DNA from: Ignatzschineriaceae bacterium
Lineage (GTDB): Bacteria; Pseudomonadota; Gammaproteobacteria; Cardiobacteriales; Wohlfahrtiimonadaceae
Direction: 5' to 3'
Assembly: GCA_046462535.1 (NCBI GenBank)
Contig: JBKGVF010000016.1
Coordinates: 11,363-75,362, forward strand
DNA: 64,000 nt
A program made the position numbers and the translations under genes. The notes under the pieces were generated by a model that had not been told where the DNA came from, did not search any database, and saw nothing but the letters and a program-made list of their open reading frames with translations. Of the stretch, positions 31,648 to 42,429 are shown in pieces (positions within the stretch are counted from its first letter, which is position 1; each line of letters opens with the position of its first letter).

Positions 31648-33180
31648 ATGTCAGTAACAGGACCACTTTTACTCTGTATTCTTGATGGTTGGGGCTTTCG
31701 TCCAGAGCGGGAGAATAATGCCATTGCCACTGCAAATACTCCAAACTGGGATTATCTAAAGTCGATTGGTAAGAGTACACTAGTACGCACCTCAGGTGAG
31801 GCGGTTGGCTTACCCGATGGGCAGATGGGGAACTCTGAGGTTGGGCATATGAATATCGGTGCAGGGCGAGTTGTTCATCAGGATCTGCTACGTATCAATC
31901 GTGATGTTGCTTCTGATGACTTTGCTCAAAACCCCCGTTTTGTCGAGGCTTTCAAAAGACTTAAAGAGAGTGGAAAAGCGCTTCATATCTTAGGACTCCT
32001 CTCCCCTGGTGGTGTCCATGCTGATGAGGCTCATATCTTTGCCCTGATTCGTGCTGCCGCAGCTGCAGGGGTGACCGAGATCTATCTTCACCCTTTTCTC
32101 GATGGTCGTGATATGCCCCCTCGCTCTGCTAAGGCATCCCTTGAGCAGGCTGAGGCCCTCTTTGCTGAGCTCGGTGTCGGTAGAATTGCTACCCTCATCG
32201 GTCGCTACTACGCTATGGATCGGGATAAACGTTGGGATCGTGTTGAGAAAGCGTATGATCTTATTACCCAAGGGATCGCCCAGCATCATGCTGAGAATGC
32301 ATTAGCAGGATTAGAGATGGCTTATGCCCGTGATGAGGGGGATGAGTTTGTTGAGGCAACGACTATTGGCGAAGCGCGCCCCATTGAGGATGGCGATGCC
32401 ATTATCTTTATGAATTTTCGGGCCGATAGAGCACGTGAGTTAAGCTACCCATTTGTGGAGGAGACCTTTTCTGGTTTCACCCCAAAAGTGCGCCCAAAAC
32501 TTAGCCATTTTGTCACCCTAACACAGTATCAAAAAGATCTGCCCGCTGAGATTGCCTACCCACCCATTGAGTTAAAAAATGGATTAGGGGAGTATCTTGC
32601 CACACAGAATAAGCAGCAATTAAGAATCGCAGAGACTGAAAAGTATCCCCATGTTACCTTCTTCTTTAATGGGGGGCAGGAAGCTGTCTTCGAGGGGGAG
32701 GAGCGTATCTTAGTAAACTCTCCTAAAGTTGCTACCTATGACCTACAACCCGAGATGAGCGCCCCTGAGGTTACTGATCGACTCGTAGAGGCTATTGAGT
32801 CAAATCGCTTTGACGTGATTATCTGTAATTATGCTAATCCTGATATGGTTGGGCATACCGGAGTCTTTGAGGCGATTGTAGAAGCGGTAGAAGCGGTAGA
32901 TGATGGATTAGGTCGTGTCTATGAAGCGATTAAGAAGGTGGGGGGTGAGATGATTGTGACCGCCGATCATGGTAATGCCGAGCTCACTTGGGATGAGCAG
33001 AATAATCAACCCCACACAGCACACACAACCGGACCTGTTCCCTTAATCTATGTAGGGCGTGATCTTCCCCTTCGTCCCGATGGCGCTTTATGTGATATTG
33101 CCCCTACCATCTTAGAGCTAATTGGGCTTGATCAACCTAAAGAGATGACTGGCGTGAGCTTAATTCATAAAGAGTCGTAA
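31648..33180 (+). CDS. gpmI: 2,3-bisphosphoglycerate-independent phosphoglycerate mutase
   Basis: 510 aa. LCILDGWG, catalytic Ser in [14 protein letters not shown], and ADHGNAE. Confidence 0.96.
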   Translation: MSVTGPLLLCILDGWGFRPERENNAIATANTPNWDYLKSIGKSTLVRTSGEAVGLPDGQMGNSEVGHMNIGAGRVVHQDLLRINRDVASDDFAQNPRFVEAFKRLKESGKALHILGLLSPGGVHADEAHIFALIRAAAAAGVTEIYLHPFLDGRDMPPRSAKASLEQAEALFAELGVGRIATLIGRYYAMDRDKRWDRVEKAYDLITQGIAQHHAENALAGLEMAYARDEGDEFVEATTIGEARPIEDGDAIIFMNFRADRARELSYPFVEETFSGFTPKVRPKLSHFVTLTQYQKDLPAEIAYPPIELKNGLGEYLATQNKQQLRIAETEKYPHVTFFFNGGQEAVFEGEERILVNSPKVATYDLQPEMSAPEVTDRLVEAIESNRFDVIICNYANPDMVGHTGVFEAIVEAVEAVDDGLGRVYEAIKKVGGEMIVTADHGNAELTWDEQNNQPHTAHTTGPVPLIYVGRDLPLRPDGALCDIAPTILELIGLDQPKEMTGVSLIHKES

Positions 33181-33221
33181 TCACTTATAGAACGCCATTA
33201 ACCATAAATAGGAAGGTAACC

Positions 33222-34586
33222 ATGCGGAAAAAAGTATTATCCATTATCACCACCCTACTGCTTACAGCAGCCCCTCTCTCTGCAGCAGAGCCATTTGAGG
33301 AACCTCTAATCCCCACCGAAGAGGTGATTACCCAACCGGCAGCAGCAGTGGAGGAGCCTGTGAGTGAAGTGCTCGATGAGAAGGGTACTGCTGATCCCCT
33401 ACCTATTAAAGAGCTCCGACTCTTTGTCAATATCCTCGAGCAGCTCAAACAGAGTTATGTAGAGCCGGTCGATGATGCCCAACTGATACAAAATGCTATC
33501 AAAGGGATGCTCAATGAGCTCGACCCCCACTCCACCTTCTACACCAAAGAGGAGTATGAATCAGTGCAGCAACTAACAACCGGCTCCTTTGCTGGATTAG
33601 GGGTAGAAGTTACCGCTGACAATGGGTTGATTCGTGTTATTGCTCCAATTGATGATACCCCTGCCGAACGTGCAGGAATAAAGGCTGGTGATCTCATCAT
33701 TAAAATTGATGAGACTCCAGTTCAGGCGGTTGATATTAATCGTGCCATTGAGATGTTACGTGGTGACGTGGGAACCGATGTCACCCTGACACTTATTCGC
33801 AACGCAGATAATAGCCCCATTACTGTCACAATCACTCGTGATAAAATTAAGACTAAGAGTGTCAAGCATGAGCTCCTTAATGAGCAGTTTGGCTATATCC
33901 GCCTCTCCCAATTTCAAGAGAAGAGCAGTCAAGAGGTGCAAGAGGCCCTCAATGAGCTTGCAGATGAAGCGAAAGGGGCGGGTGAGGTATTACAGGGATT
34001 GATTCTTGACCTCCGTAATAACCCAGGTGGATTATTGGATGAAGGGGTCAATATCTCAGATCTCTTCTTAAACTCAGGACTTATCGTCTATACCCAAGGG
34101 CAGAGTGAAGAGAGTCGCTATAATCTGCTGGCAACAGAGGGGGATATTCTCGAAGGCGCACCAATGATCGTCCTAATCAACTCAGGATCAGCCTCCGCCT
34201 CTGAGATTGTTGCCGGTGCGCTGCAAGATCATGGGCGTGCCTTAATTGTTGGTGAGCAGAGCTTTGGTAAAGGTTCAGTGCAGACCGTTATCGATCTTCC
34301 TGATGGAAAGGGTTTAAAATATACCTCAGCACGCTACTACACTCCGAACGGACGCTCTATTCAGGGTGAAGGCATTAAGCCAGATGTTACACTAGCCCCC
34401 CTCTCAGTTACGTTAAAGCCCGAATCCTACCACCTAAGAGAGAGTGATATGGCGGGCCATCTCGATAATCCCAATGCTCAAGAGGAGTTAAAAGATTTCA
34501 CCCAAGAGAATAATCAACTCGCAGAGCGAGACTACCCTCTCTATGAGGCTTTAAATCTCCTGAAGGTCTTAGCCATTACACAGTAG
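33222..34586 (+). CDS. ctpA: Carboxy-terminal processing protease (S41 family, PDZ-containing)
   Basis: 454 aa with a signal peptide. PDZ region GIKAGDLIIKID, LDLRNNPGG, and catalytic Ser region NSGSASASEI. Confidence 0.88.
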   Translation: MRKKVLSIITTLLLTAAPLSAAEPFEEPLIPTEEVITQPAAAVEEPVSEVLDEKGTADPLPIKELRLFVNILEQLKQSYVEPVDDAQLIQNAIKGMLNELDPHSTFYTKEEYESVQQLTTGSFAGLGVEVTADNGLIRVIAPIDDTPAERAGIKAGDLIIKIDETPVQAVDINRAIEMLRGDVGTDVTLTLIRNADNSPITVTITRDKIKTKSVKHELLNEQFGYIRLSQFQEKSSQEVQEALNELADEAKGAGEVLQGLILDLRNNPGGLLDEGVNISDLFLNSGLIVYTQGQSEESRYNLLATEGDILEGAPMIVLINSGSASASEIVAGALQDHGRALIVGEQSFGKGSVQTVIDLPDGKGLKYTSARYYTPNGRSIQGEGIKPDVTLAPLSVTLKPESYHLRESDMAGHLDNPNAQEELKDFTQENNQLAERDYPLYEALNLLKVLAITQ

Positions 34587-34618
34587 CTCAGACCAGTAAC
34601 AGATAGAGACTGATAGAC

Positions 34619-34640
34619 TCCCCGCACTAGCGGGGATTTT
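34619..34640 (+). terminator. Rho-independent terminator of ctpA
   Basis: tccccgc-acta-gcgggga followed by tttt. Confidence 0.75.
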
Positions 34641-34650
34641 GATGCTTAAA

Positions 34651-34668
34651 ATCGGTTAGCTAACCGAT
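34651..34668. promoter_or_regulatory. Perfect 18-bp palindrome ATCGGTTAGCTAACCGAT in the uvrA promoter region
   Basis: Self-complementary over all 18 nt. Lies 35-52 nt upstream of the uvrA ATG. The binding factor is unknown. Confidence 0.35.
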
Positions 34669-34702
34669 ATAACCGCTATTGATGCAACCAAAATAGGACA
34701 TT

Positions 34703-37522
34703 ATGGACGAAATTATTATTCAAGGGGCCCGAACCCACAACCTAAAAAATATCGATTTAACACTACCTCGCAATAAATTAATTGTGATTACCGGTCTTTC
34801 AGGTTCAGGAAAGAGCTCTCTAGCCTTTGATACCCTCTACGCTGAAGGGCAGCGGCGCTATGTGGAATCTCTCTCCGCTTATGCGCGCCAATTCCTCTCG
34901 GTGATGGATAAGCCTGATGTTGACCATATTGAGGGGCTCTCTCCTGCTATCTCTATTGAGCAGAAATCCACCTCCCATAATCCCCGCTCAACAGTAGGTA
35001 CCGTTACCGAGATCTACGATTATCTTCGTCTCCTCTTTGCGCGTATCGGTATTCCCCACTGTCCAACCCATAAGCTTCCCCTCAACGCGCAGACGGTTTC
35101 ACAGATGGTAGATCAAATTATGGCACTCGATGGGGAGCGGCGCTTACTGCTGCTCGCTCCTGTTATTCGTAATCGAAAGGGGGAGCATCTGAAACTCTTT
35201 GATGAGTTAAAAGCTCAAGGCTTTCTAAGAGTTCGTATAGATGGCACTGTTTATGAGATTGAATCGATTCCAAAGATCAATCCCCGGCAAAATCATAATA
35301 TCGATGTTGTAGTAGATCGCTTCAGGGTTCGTGAAGGGATTGAGCTACGCCTTGCTGAATCACTCGAAGTAGCATTAGGACTCTCCAATGGATTGGCACA
35401 AATTGCCGATATGACAACCGAAGAGGAGCTTCTCCACTTCTCAGCCAATTATGCCTGTCCCGAGTGTGGTTTTACGATCGATGAGCTAGAGCCAAGACTC
35501 TTCTCCTTTAACAATCCTATTGGTGCTTGTCAGGAGTGTGATGGTTTAGGGGTGAGCCAATTCTTCGATCCCAATCGTGTCGTCGTTGCTCCTGAGCTTT
35601 CGCTCGCAAGCGGAGCGATTCGTGGATGGGATCGCAACTCTGCCTACTACTTCTCAATGATGAGTACCTTGGCCACTCACTATCAATTCGATATTGAGAC
35701 CCCCTTTAATGATCTTCCTAAGAAGATTCAAAAAATTATTCTCTACGGCAGTGGTGATGAGGTCATTCGCTTCACCTATATAAGTAATAGTGGCAAAAAG
35801 AGTATTCGTGAGCATACCTTTGAGGGAATCTTACCTAACCTTGATCGCCGCTATCATGAAACAACATCACAGATGGTGCGGGAGAATCTAACCCGCTATT
35901 TAGCAACGCGCCCCTGCCCCGCCTGTGAGGGGAGTCGCCTTGGCCCTGCTGCAAAAAATGTTTTAATTGAGGATCATGCAATCCAAGATGTCACCGCACT
36001 CCCCATTGGCGAAGCTCTAGCGTGGGCAAATGGTGTAAATCTTACCGGTGCACGCGCAGAGATTGCCGATAAGATCTTCAAAGAGATTCGTGAGCGATTG
36101 GGCTTTTTAGTTAATGTTGGACTCGATTATCTTAATCTTTCACGCTCAGCTGAAACGCTATCGGGTGGAGAGGCACAGCGTATTCGCCTAGCATCTCAGA
36201 TTGGTGCAGGATTAGTGGGTGTTCTCTATGTGCTCGATGAGCCCTCTATCGGTCTTCATCAACGGGATAATGAACGCCTCTTAAAGACCCTAATCCACCT
36301 GCGCGACCTTGGAAATACAGTCATTGTTGTCGAGCATGATGAGGATGCCATCAATGCCGCCGACTTTATTGTCGATATTGGTCCCCGTGCAGGCGTTCAT
36401 GGCGGGGCGGTGGTGGCAGCGGGCACACCTAGTGAAATTAAGGCCGACCCAAACTCCTTAACTGGCGCCTACCTATCAGGTCGAGAGGCGATTGATCTCC
36501 CTAAAGAGCGTATCCCCTTCAATCAAGATGAGATCATCACTATTCGAGGGGCTTCAGGGAACAATCTAAAAAATATCACTGCACACTTCCCGATAGGATT
36601 ACTCACCTGTGTAACAGGAGTCTCAGGCTCCGGAAAGTCGACTCTTGTTAACGATACCCTCTACACCGCAATGGCACAGATCCTAAATAAAAATAGTAGT
36701 GTCGAAGTAGCTCCATATAAGGCCATTGAAGGCTTAGAGCATGTGGATAAAATTGTTAATATCGATCAGAGCCCAATAGGGCGGACACCTCGCTCAAATC
36801 CCGCAACCTACACTGGACTCTTCACCCCAATAAGGGAGCTCTTTGCTGGTACACCCGAGGCTCGAGCACGGGGTTACACTCCAGGGCGCTTTAGCTTCAA
36901 TGTCAAAGGTGGCCGCTGTGAGCACTGCCAAGGGGATGGACTCATTAAGGTGGAGATGCATTTCCTACCCGATATCTATGTTGTCTGTGATGAGTGTCAA
37001 GGGGAGCGCTATAACCGCGAAACGCTCGATATTCTCTATAAAGGAAAGAGCATTAGTGATGTCTTAAAGATGACTGTAGAAGAGGCACACCAATTCTTTG
37101 AGGCCATTCCCGTTATCCATCGCCGCCTTACAACGTTGATGGATGTTGGCTTGAGCTATATTACTCTAGGCCAAAATGCCACCACCCTCTCAGGCGGTGA
37201 GGCGCAGCGGGTTAAACTATCTCGAGAGCTCTCAAAACGTGGAACCGGCCGCACTCTCTATATACTTGATGAGCCAACAACAGGATTACATTTTCACGAT
37301 ATCAAACAGCTCTTAACTGTTATTCAGCGACTGCGCGATGAGGGGAATACCATCATCATTATTGAGCATAATTTAGATGTTATAAAAACCGCCGATTGGA
37401 TTATTGATCTTGGTCCTGAAGGGGGCGCAGGTGGAGGGGAGATTGTGATTGCTGGCACCCCTGAAGAGGTGGCACAATCGCCAAAGAGCCACACAGGACG
37501 CTTCTTAAAGGATTTTCTATAA
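34703..37522 (+). CDS. uvrA: Excinuclease ABC subunit A
   Basis: 939 aa. Two ABC modules ([12 protein letters not shown] and [11 protein letters not shown]), LSGGEAQR signatures, and zinc-finger Cys pairs. Confidence 0.98.
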   Translation: MDEIIIQGARTHNLKNIDLTLPRNKLIVITGLSGSGKSSLAFDTLYAEGQRRYVESLSAYARQFLSVMDKPDVDHIEGLSPAISIEQKSTSHNPRSTVGTVTEIYDYLRLLFARIGIPHCPTHKLPLNAQTVSQMVDQIMALDGERRLLLLAPVIRNRKGEHLKLFDELKAQGFLRVRIDGTVYEIESIPKINPRQNHNIDVVVDRFRVREGIELRLAESLEVALGLSNGLAQIADMTTEEELLHFSANYACPECGFTIDELEPRLFSFNNPIGACQECDGLGVSQFFDPNRVVVAPELSLASGAIRGWDRNSAYYFSMMSTLATHYQFDIETPFNDLPKKIQKIILYGSGDEVIRFTYISNSGKKSIREHTFEGILPNLDRRYHETTSQMVRENLTRYLATRPCPACEGSRLGPAAKNVLIEDHAIQDVTALPIGEALAWANGVNLTGARAEIADKIFKEIRERLGFLVNVGLDYLNLSRSAETLSGGEAQRIRLASQIGAGLVGVLYVLDEPSIGLHQRDNERLLKTLIHLRDLGNTVIVVEHDEDAINAADFIVDIGPRAGVHGGAVVAAGTPSEIKADPNSLTGAYLSGREAIDLPKERIPFNQDEIITIRGASGNNLKNITAHFPIGLLTCVTGVSGSGKSTLVNDTLYTAMAQILNKNSSVEVAPYKAIEGLEHVDKIVNIDQSPIGRTPRSNPATYTGLFTPIRELFAGTPEARARGYTPGRFSFNVKGGRCEHCQGDGLIKVEMHFLPDIYVVCDECQGERYNRETLDILYKGKSISDVLKMTVEEAHQFFEAIPVIHRRLTTLMDVGLSYITLGQNATTLSGGEAQRVKLSRELSKRGTGRTLYILDEPTTGLHFHDIKQLLTVIQRLRDEGNTIIIIEHNLDVIKTADWIIDLGPEGGAGGGEIVIAGTPEEVAQSPKSHTGRFLKDFL

Positions 37523-37524
37523 AC

Positions 37525-37560
37525 CAAAAGAGAGAGCCCCATAGTTTGGGGCTCTTCTGC
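37525..37560. terminator. Bidirectional terminator between uvrA and sufT-like gene
   Basis: Arms gagcccca (37534-37541) and tggggctc (37547-37554). T-rich flanks on both transcript orientations, between convergent genes. Confidence 0.7.
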
Positions 37561-37587
37561 ATCTATAGATCGTCTCTACTTGTAACG

Positions 37588-37977
37588 CTACATCATATTC
37601 AATTCAAGCTTTGCCCGTAACGACATCCGCTGTGGTGTCCAGAAAGGCTCCCATACCAGCTCAGTATGGCACTCTTTCACCCAAGGGAGTGAGTAGACAG
37701 CATTCTCTACCCAGCTGGGCATCTCGCCTGCGACAGGGCATCCTGGTGCCGTTAAGGTCATATCGATCTGCACCTTAACATTCTCTTCGGTGAGATCCTT
37801 AAAATTGATGGTGTAGATCAATCCCAGCTCATAAATATCGACAGGAATCTCCGGATCATAAACCTTCTTTATGGCATCGATGATCTGATCTGCCATCTCA
37901 TAGCTACGCTCCGTCACTTCGGAGCCATCCTCATGAATCACCTCAGGGTAATTTGGTTGACTCTTATCAATCTCCAT
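37588..37977 (-). CDS. sufT: DUF59/SufT-type Fe-S cluster assembly protein
   Basis: 129 aa. VYDPEIPVDIYELGLIY and TLTAPGCPVAG are the DUF59 (MIP18/SufT) hallmarks. Directly downstream of sufU. Confidence 0.75.
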   Translation of the reverse strand: MEIDKSQPNYPEVIHEDGSEVTERSYEMADQIIDAIKKVYDPEIPVDIYELGLIYTINFKDLTEENVKVQIDMTLTAPGCPVAGEMPSWVENAVYSLPWVKECHTELVWEPFWTPQRMSLRAKLELNMM

Positions 37978-37988
37978 GCTTCTGCTCC

Positions 37989-38435
37989 TTACTCTGTTTT
38001 AACGACTTTCTGCTCTTCATTTAATGCCGCATTGATGGCATGCCAAGCTAAAGTGGCACACTTTACCCGGGTAGGATAATCTCGAACGCCCGTTAAGATC
38101 TTTAACTGCCCTAAATCATCCGCAATCTCACCCTCATGGGTCACTGCTTCATGAAAATGATCAAAGAGTTTCTCAAACTCCTCAATCGGCTTTCCCTTTA
38201 TCGCCTCAGTCATCATCGAGCTTGAGGCTGTGGAGATAGCACACCCCTCTCCGACAAAGGAGACATCCTCAATAATGCCCTCATGCACCGTAAGAAAAAC
38301 CTCAATCTGATCACCACAAAGGGGGTTATATCCCTCCGCATGATGCGTTGGCTCCTCAATTTTACGGAAATTTCTAGGCTTTCGATTGTGATCAAGAATC
38401 ACCTCTTGATACAGCTCTCTAATATCAAAATTCAT
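37989..38435 (-). CDS. sufU: SufU-type (NifU N-terminal-like) sulfur transfer/scaffold protein
   Basis: 148 aa. LYQEVILDHNRKPRN, NPLCGDQIEVFL, GEGCAISTASSSMMTEAIKGK and RVKCATLAW align closely with B. subtilis SufU. Confidence 0.85.
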   Translation of the reverse strand: MNFDIRELYQEVILDHNRKPRNFRKIEEPTHHAEGYNPLCGDQIEVFLTVHEGIIEDVSFVGEGCAISTASSSMMTEAIKGKPIEEFEKLFDHFHEAVTHEGEIADDLGQLKILTGVRDYPTRVKCATLAWHAINAALNEEQKVVKTE

Positions 38436-38542
38436 ACCACTCCTATCGCTTCCATTCTCAATTTAGATAATTAAGTAACTATAGCTTATTTGATCTAAAA
38501 CAAGAAAATTAATTCCTTAAATGGCAATTATTCCCTCTTTTT

Positions 38543-38565
38543 ACCCCAAAAGGGGTGGTTTTTTT
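38543..38565 (+). terminator. Orphan terminator-like hairpin (acccc-aaaa-ggggt + T7) in sufU/accD spacer
   Basis: A 5-bp GC stem (7 bp with G-U pairs) is followed by gg and seven T. It faces the + direction, but no + strand gene lies upstream. Confidence 0.35.
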
Positions 38566-38711
38566 CAGCCTAGCCCTCCATCCGCTAATATGGAATTAAA
38601 TTGTTTTATCCCCAATATTTGGTATTCTTAATCTCTTATTTAATTGAAGAAGAGCAATTCTTCCTCTTACCATTTCAATCTAAATATCAACATTTTTAGT
38701 AAGGATCTTTA

Positions 38712-39584
38712 ATGAGCTGGTTTCAACGATTAAATCCCATGCGGATTAGAACCGATAGTAGTAAAAAAGTTGTCCCTGAGGGAGTATGGACAAAATGCAC
38801 AGCCTGTGACTCCATTCTCTATCAGCAGGAGCTTGAGGCGAATCTAAATGTCTGCCCTAAGTGTGATCAACATATGCGGATCGATGCTCGCAAACGGCTA
38901 GAGGCCTTCTTAGATGAGGAGAGCTTAACGGAGATTGGGGAGAATCTAGAACCGGTTGATTTTTTAAACTTCAAAGATAGCAAACGATATCGCGATCGCA
39001 TTAGTGCCGCCCAAAAGAAGACCGGTGAGAAGGATGCCCTCATTATGATGGAGGGCGCATTAAAGGGGCGTCCGGTTATTGCTGGTGCATTTAACTTCGC
39101 CTTTATGGGCGCCTCAATGGGATCGGTAGTTGGCGAGCGCTTTGTCCTCGGTGCTCAACGTGCCCTTGAGCTTAACGCCCCCTTTGTTGTCTTCGCTGCC
39201 AGTGGTGGAGCACGGATGCAAGAGGCGCTCACCTCACTTATGCAGATGGCGAAAACCTCTGCGGCCGTTGCCCAATTAAATAACGCTAAACTCCCCTTCA
39301 TCTCAGTCTTAACTGACCCCACCTTCGGTGGTGTATCAGCAAGCTTTGCCATGTTAGGTGATATCATTATTGCCGAGCCAAAAGCTCTTATTGGATTTGC
39401 CGGCCCCCGTGTCATTGAGCAGACCGTACGGGAGCAGCTTCCTGAAGGATTTCAACAGAGTGAGTTTCTCTTAGAGAAGGGGGCTATCGATATGATTGTA
39501 GATCGACGAGAATTACGCAATGAGATTGCTGATCTACTCTCAAAGCTGATGAATCATCCAAAACCGATGGATGAGATTGCCTAA
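38712..39584 (+). CDS. accD: Acetyl-CoA carboxylase carboxyltransferase beta subunit
   Basis: 290 aa. N-terminal zinc ribbon CTACDS...CPKCDQH and GGARMQE. Confidence 0.96.
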   Translation: MSWFQRLNPMRIRTDSSKKVVPEGVWTKCTACDSILYQQELEANLNVCPKCDQHMRIDARKRLEAFLDEESLTEIGENLEPVDFLNFKDSKRYRDRISAAQKKTGEKDALIMMEGALKGRPVIAGAFNFAFMGASMGSVVGERFVLGAQRALELNAPFVVFAASGGARMQEALTSLMQMAKTSAAVAQLNNAKLPFISVLTDPTFGGVSASFAMLGDIIIAEPKALIGFAGPRVIEQTVREQLPEGFQQSEFLLEKGAIDMIVDRRELRNEIADLLSKLMNHPKPMDEIA

Positions 39585-39626
39585 ATAGAGACTCCCCCTC
39601 CCTTTATAGGGGCAACGCATTAATGA

Positions 39627-40973
39627 ATGAGGCAGAAATCGACTATGGCGCCATCTTTATCGGGTCAGGCCAAGACTCTCGAGACTTGGCTTGACCAGCT
39701 AGCTACTCTCCATCCCTTAACGATGGATTTTACCCATGATCGAATTGCTACGGTCTATCAACGGCTCAACCTAGAGCCGATTGCACCCCTTATTATTACC
39801 GTGGCGGGGACCAATGGTAAGGGATCAACCGCCACCACAACCGCAACCCTATTAAAACAGCATGGCGCAAAGGTGGGACTCTTTACCTCCCCCCATCTCT
39901 TTCGCTTTAATGAGCGTATTAAAATCGATCTTATCGAGGCCGACGATGAGGCAATTATTGAGGCCTTTGAAGCTATTGAGAGCGCTCGTGGAGCGATCAC
40001 CCTCACCTACTTTGAGTATGCAACATTAGCGGCCTTCTATCTCTTTAAAAGAGCCGCTGTAGATGTTGCGGTACTCGAGGTAGGGTTAGGGGGACGCCTC
40101 GATTCCACAACTATCGTGGATGCAGATATTGCAATCATCACCCCAATTGATATCGACCATACTGCTCAGCTTGGCAACTCTATCGATACAATCGCTGCAG
40201 AAAAGGCTGGGATCATTAAGCAAGGGAGCTCCGTTATTACCGCAGAGTCGGCACCAAGCCCCGCTATTATTGCGCAAGCTAAGCGCTGTTCAGCACCTCT
40301 TCTCATCGCGCAGCAGAGCTATCACTACCATATTCTACAATTGAATGACCCCCTATCGCCCTGGCATTATCAATATCAAGAGGAGGAGCCACTCCTTCTA
40401 CAACCCCCAAAATTGATGGGGCGCCATCAATATCAAAATAGTGCCGCTGCTCTCACCGCCTTACAGCTCGCTCAAAGAGCGCTCACCCTCACCCCCATTA
40501 CGGCTGAATCGATCAATCAAGGGTTAGACTCAGTAGAGCTACTTGGTCGTCTACAGAGACTCGAAGCAGCCAATGCACCACGCCTCTATCTCGATGTCAC
40601 CCATAATCCTCAAGGGGCAGCTCAACTTGCTAAAGTTTTATCCAACACCTATCCTAACAGAAGAATTGTTGCCATCTATGGCGCCTTAGTGGATAAAGAT
40701 GCTAAAGCAGTGACCGCGCTCCTCAAGCCGCTCATCAGCCATTGGTATCTTGCCCCAATATCCGATCCACGAGGGGAGAGCGCTACAGCGCTACAGAAGC
40801 GGGTTTGGCCCATTATTGGAATGGATTCCACCCCCCACAATTCAATTGAAGCAGCGTGTGAAAAAGCCCTAAGTGAGAGCAGTAAAGATGATATAATACT
40901 TCTCTTTGGCTCCTTCCATATGATTAACAGCGGATATAGTTGGTTTAAGAGAAATGGTTATGCAGAATCCTAA
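39627..40973 (+). CDS. folC: Bifunctional folylpolyglutamate synthase / dihydrofolate synthase
   Basis: 448 aa. P-loop VAGTNGKGST and Mur-ligase-like domains. accD-folC-dedD-cvpA order as in E. coli. The start may be Met7 (39645). Confidence 0.9.
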   Translation: MRQKSTMAPSLSGQAKTLETWLDQLATLHPLTMDFTHDRIATVYQRLNLEPIAPLIITVAGTNGKGSTATTTATLLKQHGAKVGLFTSPHLFRFNERIKIDLIEADDEAIIEAFEAIESARGAITLTYFEYATLAAFYLFKRAAVDVAVLEVGLGGRLDSTTIVDADIAIITPIDIDHTAQLGNSIDTIAAEKAGIIKQGSSVITAESAPSPAIIAQAKRCSAPLLIAQQSYHYHILQLNDPLSPWHYQYQEEEPLLLQPPKLMGRHQYQNSAAALTALQLAQRALTLTPITAESINQGLDSVELLGRLQRLEAANAPRLYLDVTHNPQGAAQLAKVLSNTYPNRRIVAIYGALVDKDAKAVTALLKPLISHWYLAPISDPRGESATALQKRVWPIIGMDSTPHNSIEAACEKALSESSKDDIILLFGSFHMINSGYSWFKRNGYAES

Positions 40974-41586
40974 AAAATTACAGCGAGCAGTGGGGGCAAT
41001 CTTTCTGATTGCGGTCACACTCCTGATCATTGGCCCTTTTATCTTCAAATCAGGGAAAAATGGCACCATCTCCATCGATGAGACGGCAGAGGCCGATCAG
41101 ATTCGTGAACCGGTGAGCGTTCTCTCAAGTAGTGGGGGTAGTGATCAGAGTCAATATTGGTCTTATGGTGAGGAGCCGATGGGAGAACTCCCTCCTGTAG
41201 GGACAATCTTAGATCCCCCTAAAAAAGAGCAAAAGAGGGAAGAGGCTAAGGTAACACCCCCACCACTTAATCTCATTGCTGATACAGAGCAGCAGGCTCT
41301 AGCAGCAAAACCCAAAGAGTCCCCTACATCACAAAAGAAGCAGAGCCCACAAGCTACTGCCGAGCAGTTTCAATGGTTTGTGCAGGTAGGTGGCTATGGC
41401 AATATCAATAATGCCCAAGCACAATATCGTCAATATCAGAGTGCGGGATATGCTGTCTACATCGAGACTGAAGATGGCTTACATAAGGTTCGTTTAGGGC
41501 CTTATCGCTCGCGAGAACAGGCAGATCGCGTTCGGGCTACATTAAAATCACAGGGCATCGAAACGACAATTGTCGCCCCTAAATAA
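40954..41586 (+). CDS. dedD: SPOR domain cell-division protein (DedD-like)
   Basis: 210 aa. N-terminal TM, a low-complexity linker, and a C-terminal SPOR domain (WFVQVGGYGNINNAQAQ...VRLGPYRSREQADRV). Conserved position after folC. Confidence 0.75.
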   Translation: MVMQNPKKLQRAVGAIFLIAVTLLIIGPFIFKSGKNGTISIDETAEADQIREPVSVLSSSGGSDQSQYWSYGEEPMGELPPVGTILDPPKKEQKREEAKVTPPPLNLIADTEQQALAAKPKESPTSQKKQSPQATAEQFQWFVQVGGYGNINNAQAQYRQYQSAGYAVYIETEDGLHKVRLGPYRSREQADRVRATLKSQGIETTIVAPK

Positions 41587-41636
41587 CCGCTTTATCAGTA
41601 CTGTAAAAGCAGATGCTAAAGGTATCTAACTAAATT

Positions 41637-42308
41637 ATGGAAATTGCAAAAGAGCTCTCATCAATTATCGATCTGGTGATCATCGCAACGATTCTGGTAT
41701 CGATTGTAATCGCCTTTATTCGCGGATTTATTACCGAGGTTCTCTCCCTCTTTGTCTGGATCGGTGCCTTTGTCGGCGCAACCTTCTACTTTGAGGATGT
41801 TGCTAAACTGCTCCCTAATATATTTGGTGGTAGTGAGGCACCTAACCTTGCAGCTGCAGTGGATCCCGATAATCTCAATGAAGTGGTCATTGCCTCAGGG
41901 ATTAGCTTTGTTATCACCTTTTTAGCACTCCTTTTTCTATTTGGGCTGATCAACCTCTTAATCTCAATGTTGATTCGACGCCTCAATATCTCATGGCCTG
42001 ACCGCCTATTGGGCGCCTTCTTCGGAATGCTACGCGGAATGTTTGTAGTGGCGATCTTAGCCCTCTTTGTCACCTACTCCCCACTAAAAGAGAGTGAGCA
42101 TTGGCAAAATGCCCACTTCTCACAGGTGGCAACAACATGGGCTAAACAGTTAGAACGTCTAGTGCCTGATAACTTCTTAGAACATATTAATACTGAAAAG
42201 ATTGTGGAGAAGATGAAAGGGGATAATGAGATGACTCAAACAGAGCAGCAGAGTGAGCGGGTATTTGAAGCCCCTGAATTGATCATTCCCCTCTCCCCCA
42301 ATCAGTAA
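41637..42308 (+). CDS. cvpA: CvpA family membrane protein (colicin V production protein)
   Basis: 223 aa with 4 TM segments. The N-terminal pattern DLVIIATILVSIVIAFIRGF is typical of CvpA. Conserved position. Confidence 0.8.
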   Translation: MEIAKELSSIIDLVIIATILVSIVIAFIRGFITEVLSLFVWIGAFVGATFYFEDVAKLLPNIFGGSEAPNLAAAVDPDNLNEVVIASGISFVITFLALLFLFGLINLLISMLIRRLNISWPDRLLGAFFGMLRGMFVVAILALFVTYSPLKESEHWQNAHFSQVATTWAKQLERLVPDNFLEHINTEKIVEKMKGDNEMTQTEQQSERVFEAPELIIPLSPNQ

Positions 42309-42429
42309 TCGATCCAGTAAGGGGAGCTGCTTAATGATTAACACTTAAGAGTTAATCATTAAATATTAACCTTTAACTTTAAGAGTACTCTTTTATTTTT
42401 TATTGACTAATAACCCTCGCGGAGCAGAG

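Noticed and set aside
34587-34702. Search for a canonical LexA (CTGT-N8-ACAG) box upstream of uvrA
   Set aside because: None is present in the spacer. The nearest CTG/CAG-containing strings have the wrong spacing. This is reported as an absence, not as a feature.
38466-38484. GATAATTAAGTAACTATAG as a possible Fur box in the sufU promoter region
   Set aside because: Only about 8 of 19 positions match the GATAATGATAATCATTATC consensus. That is not better than expected in AT-rich DNA.
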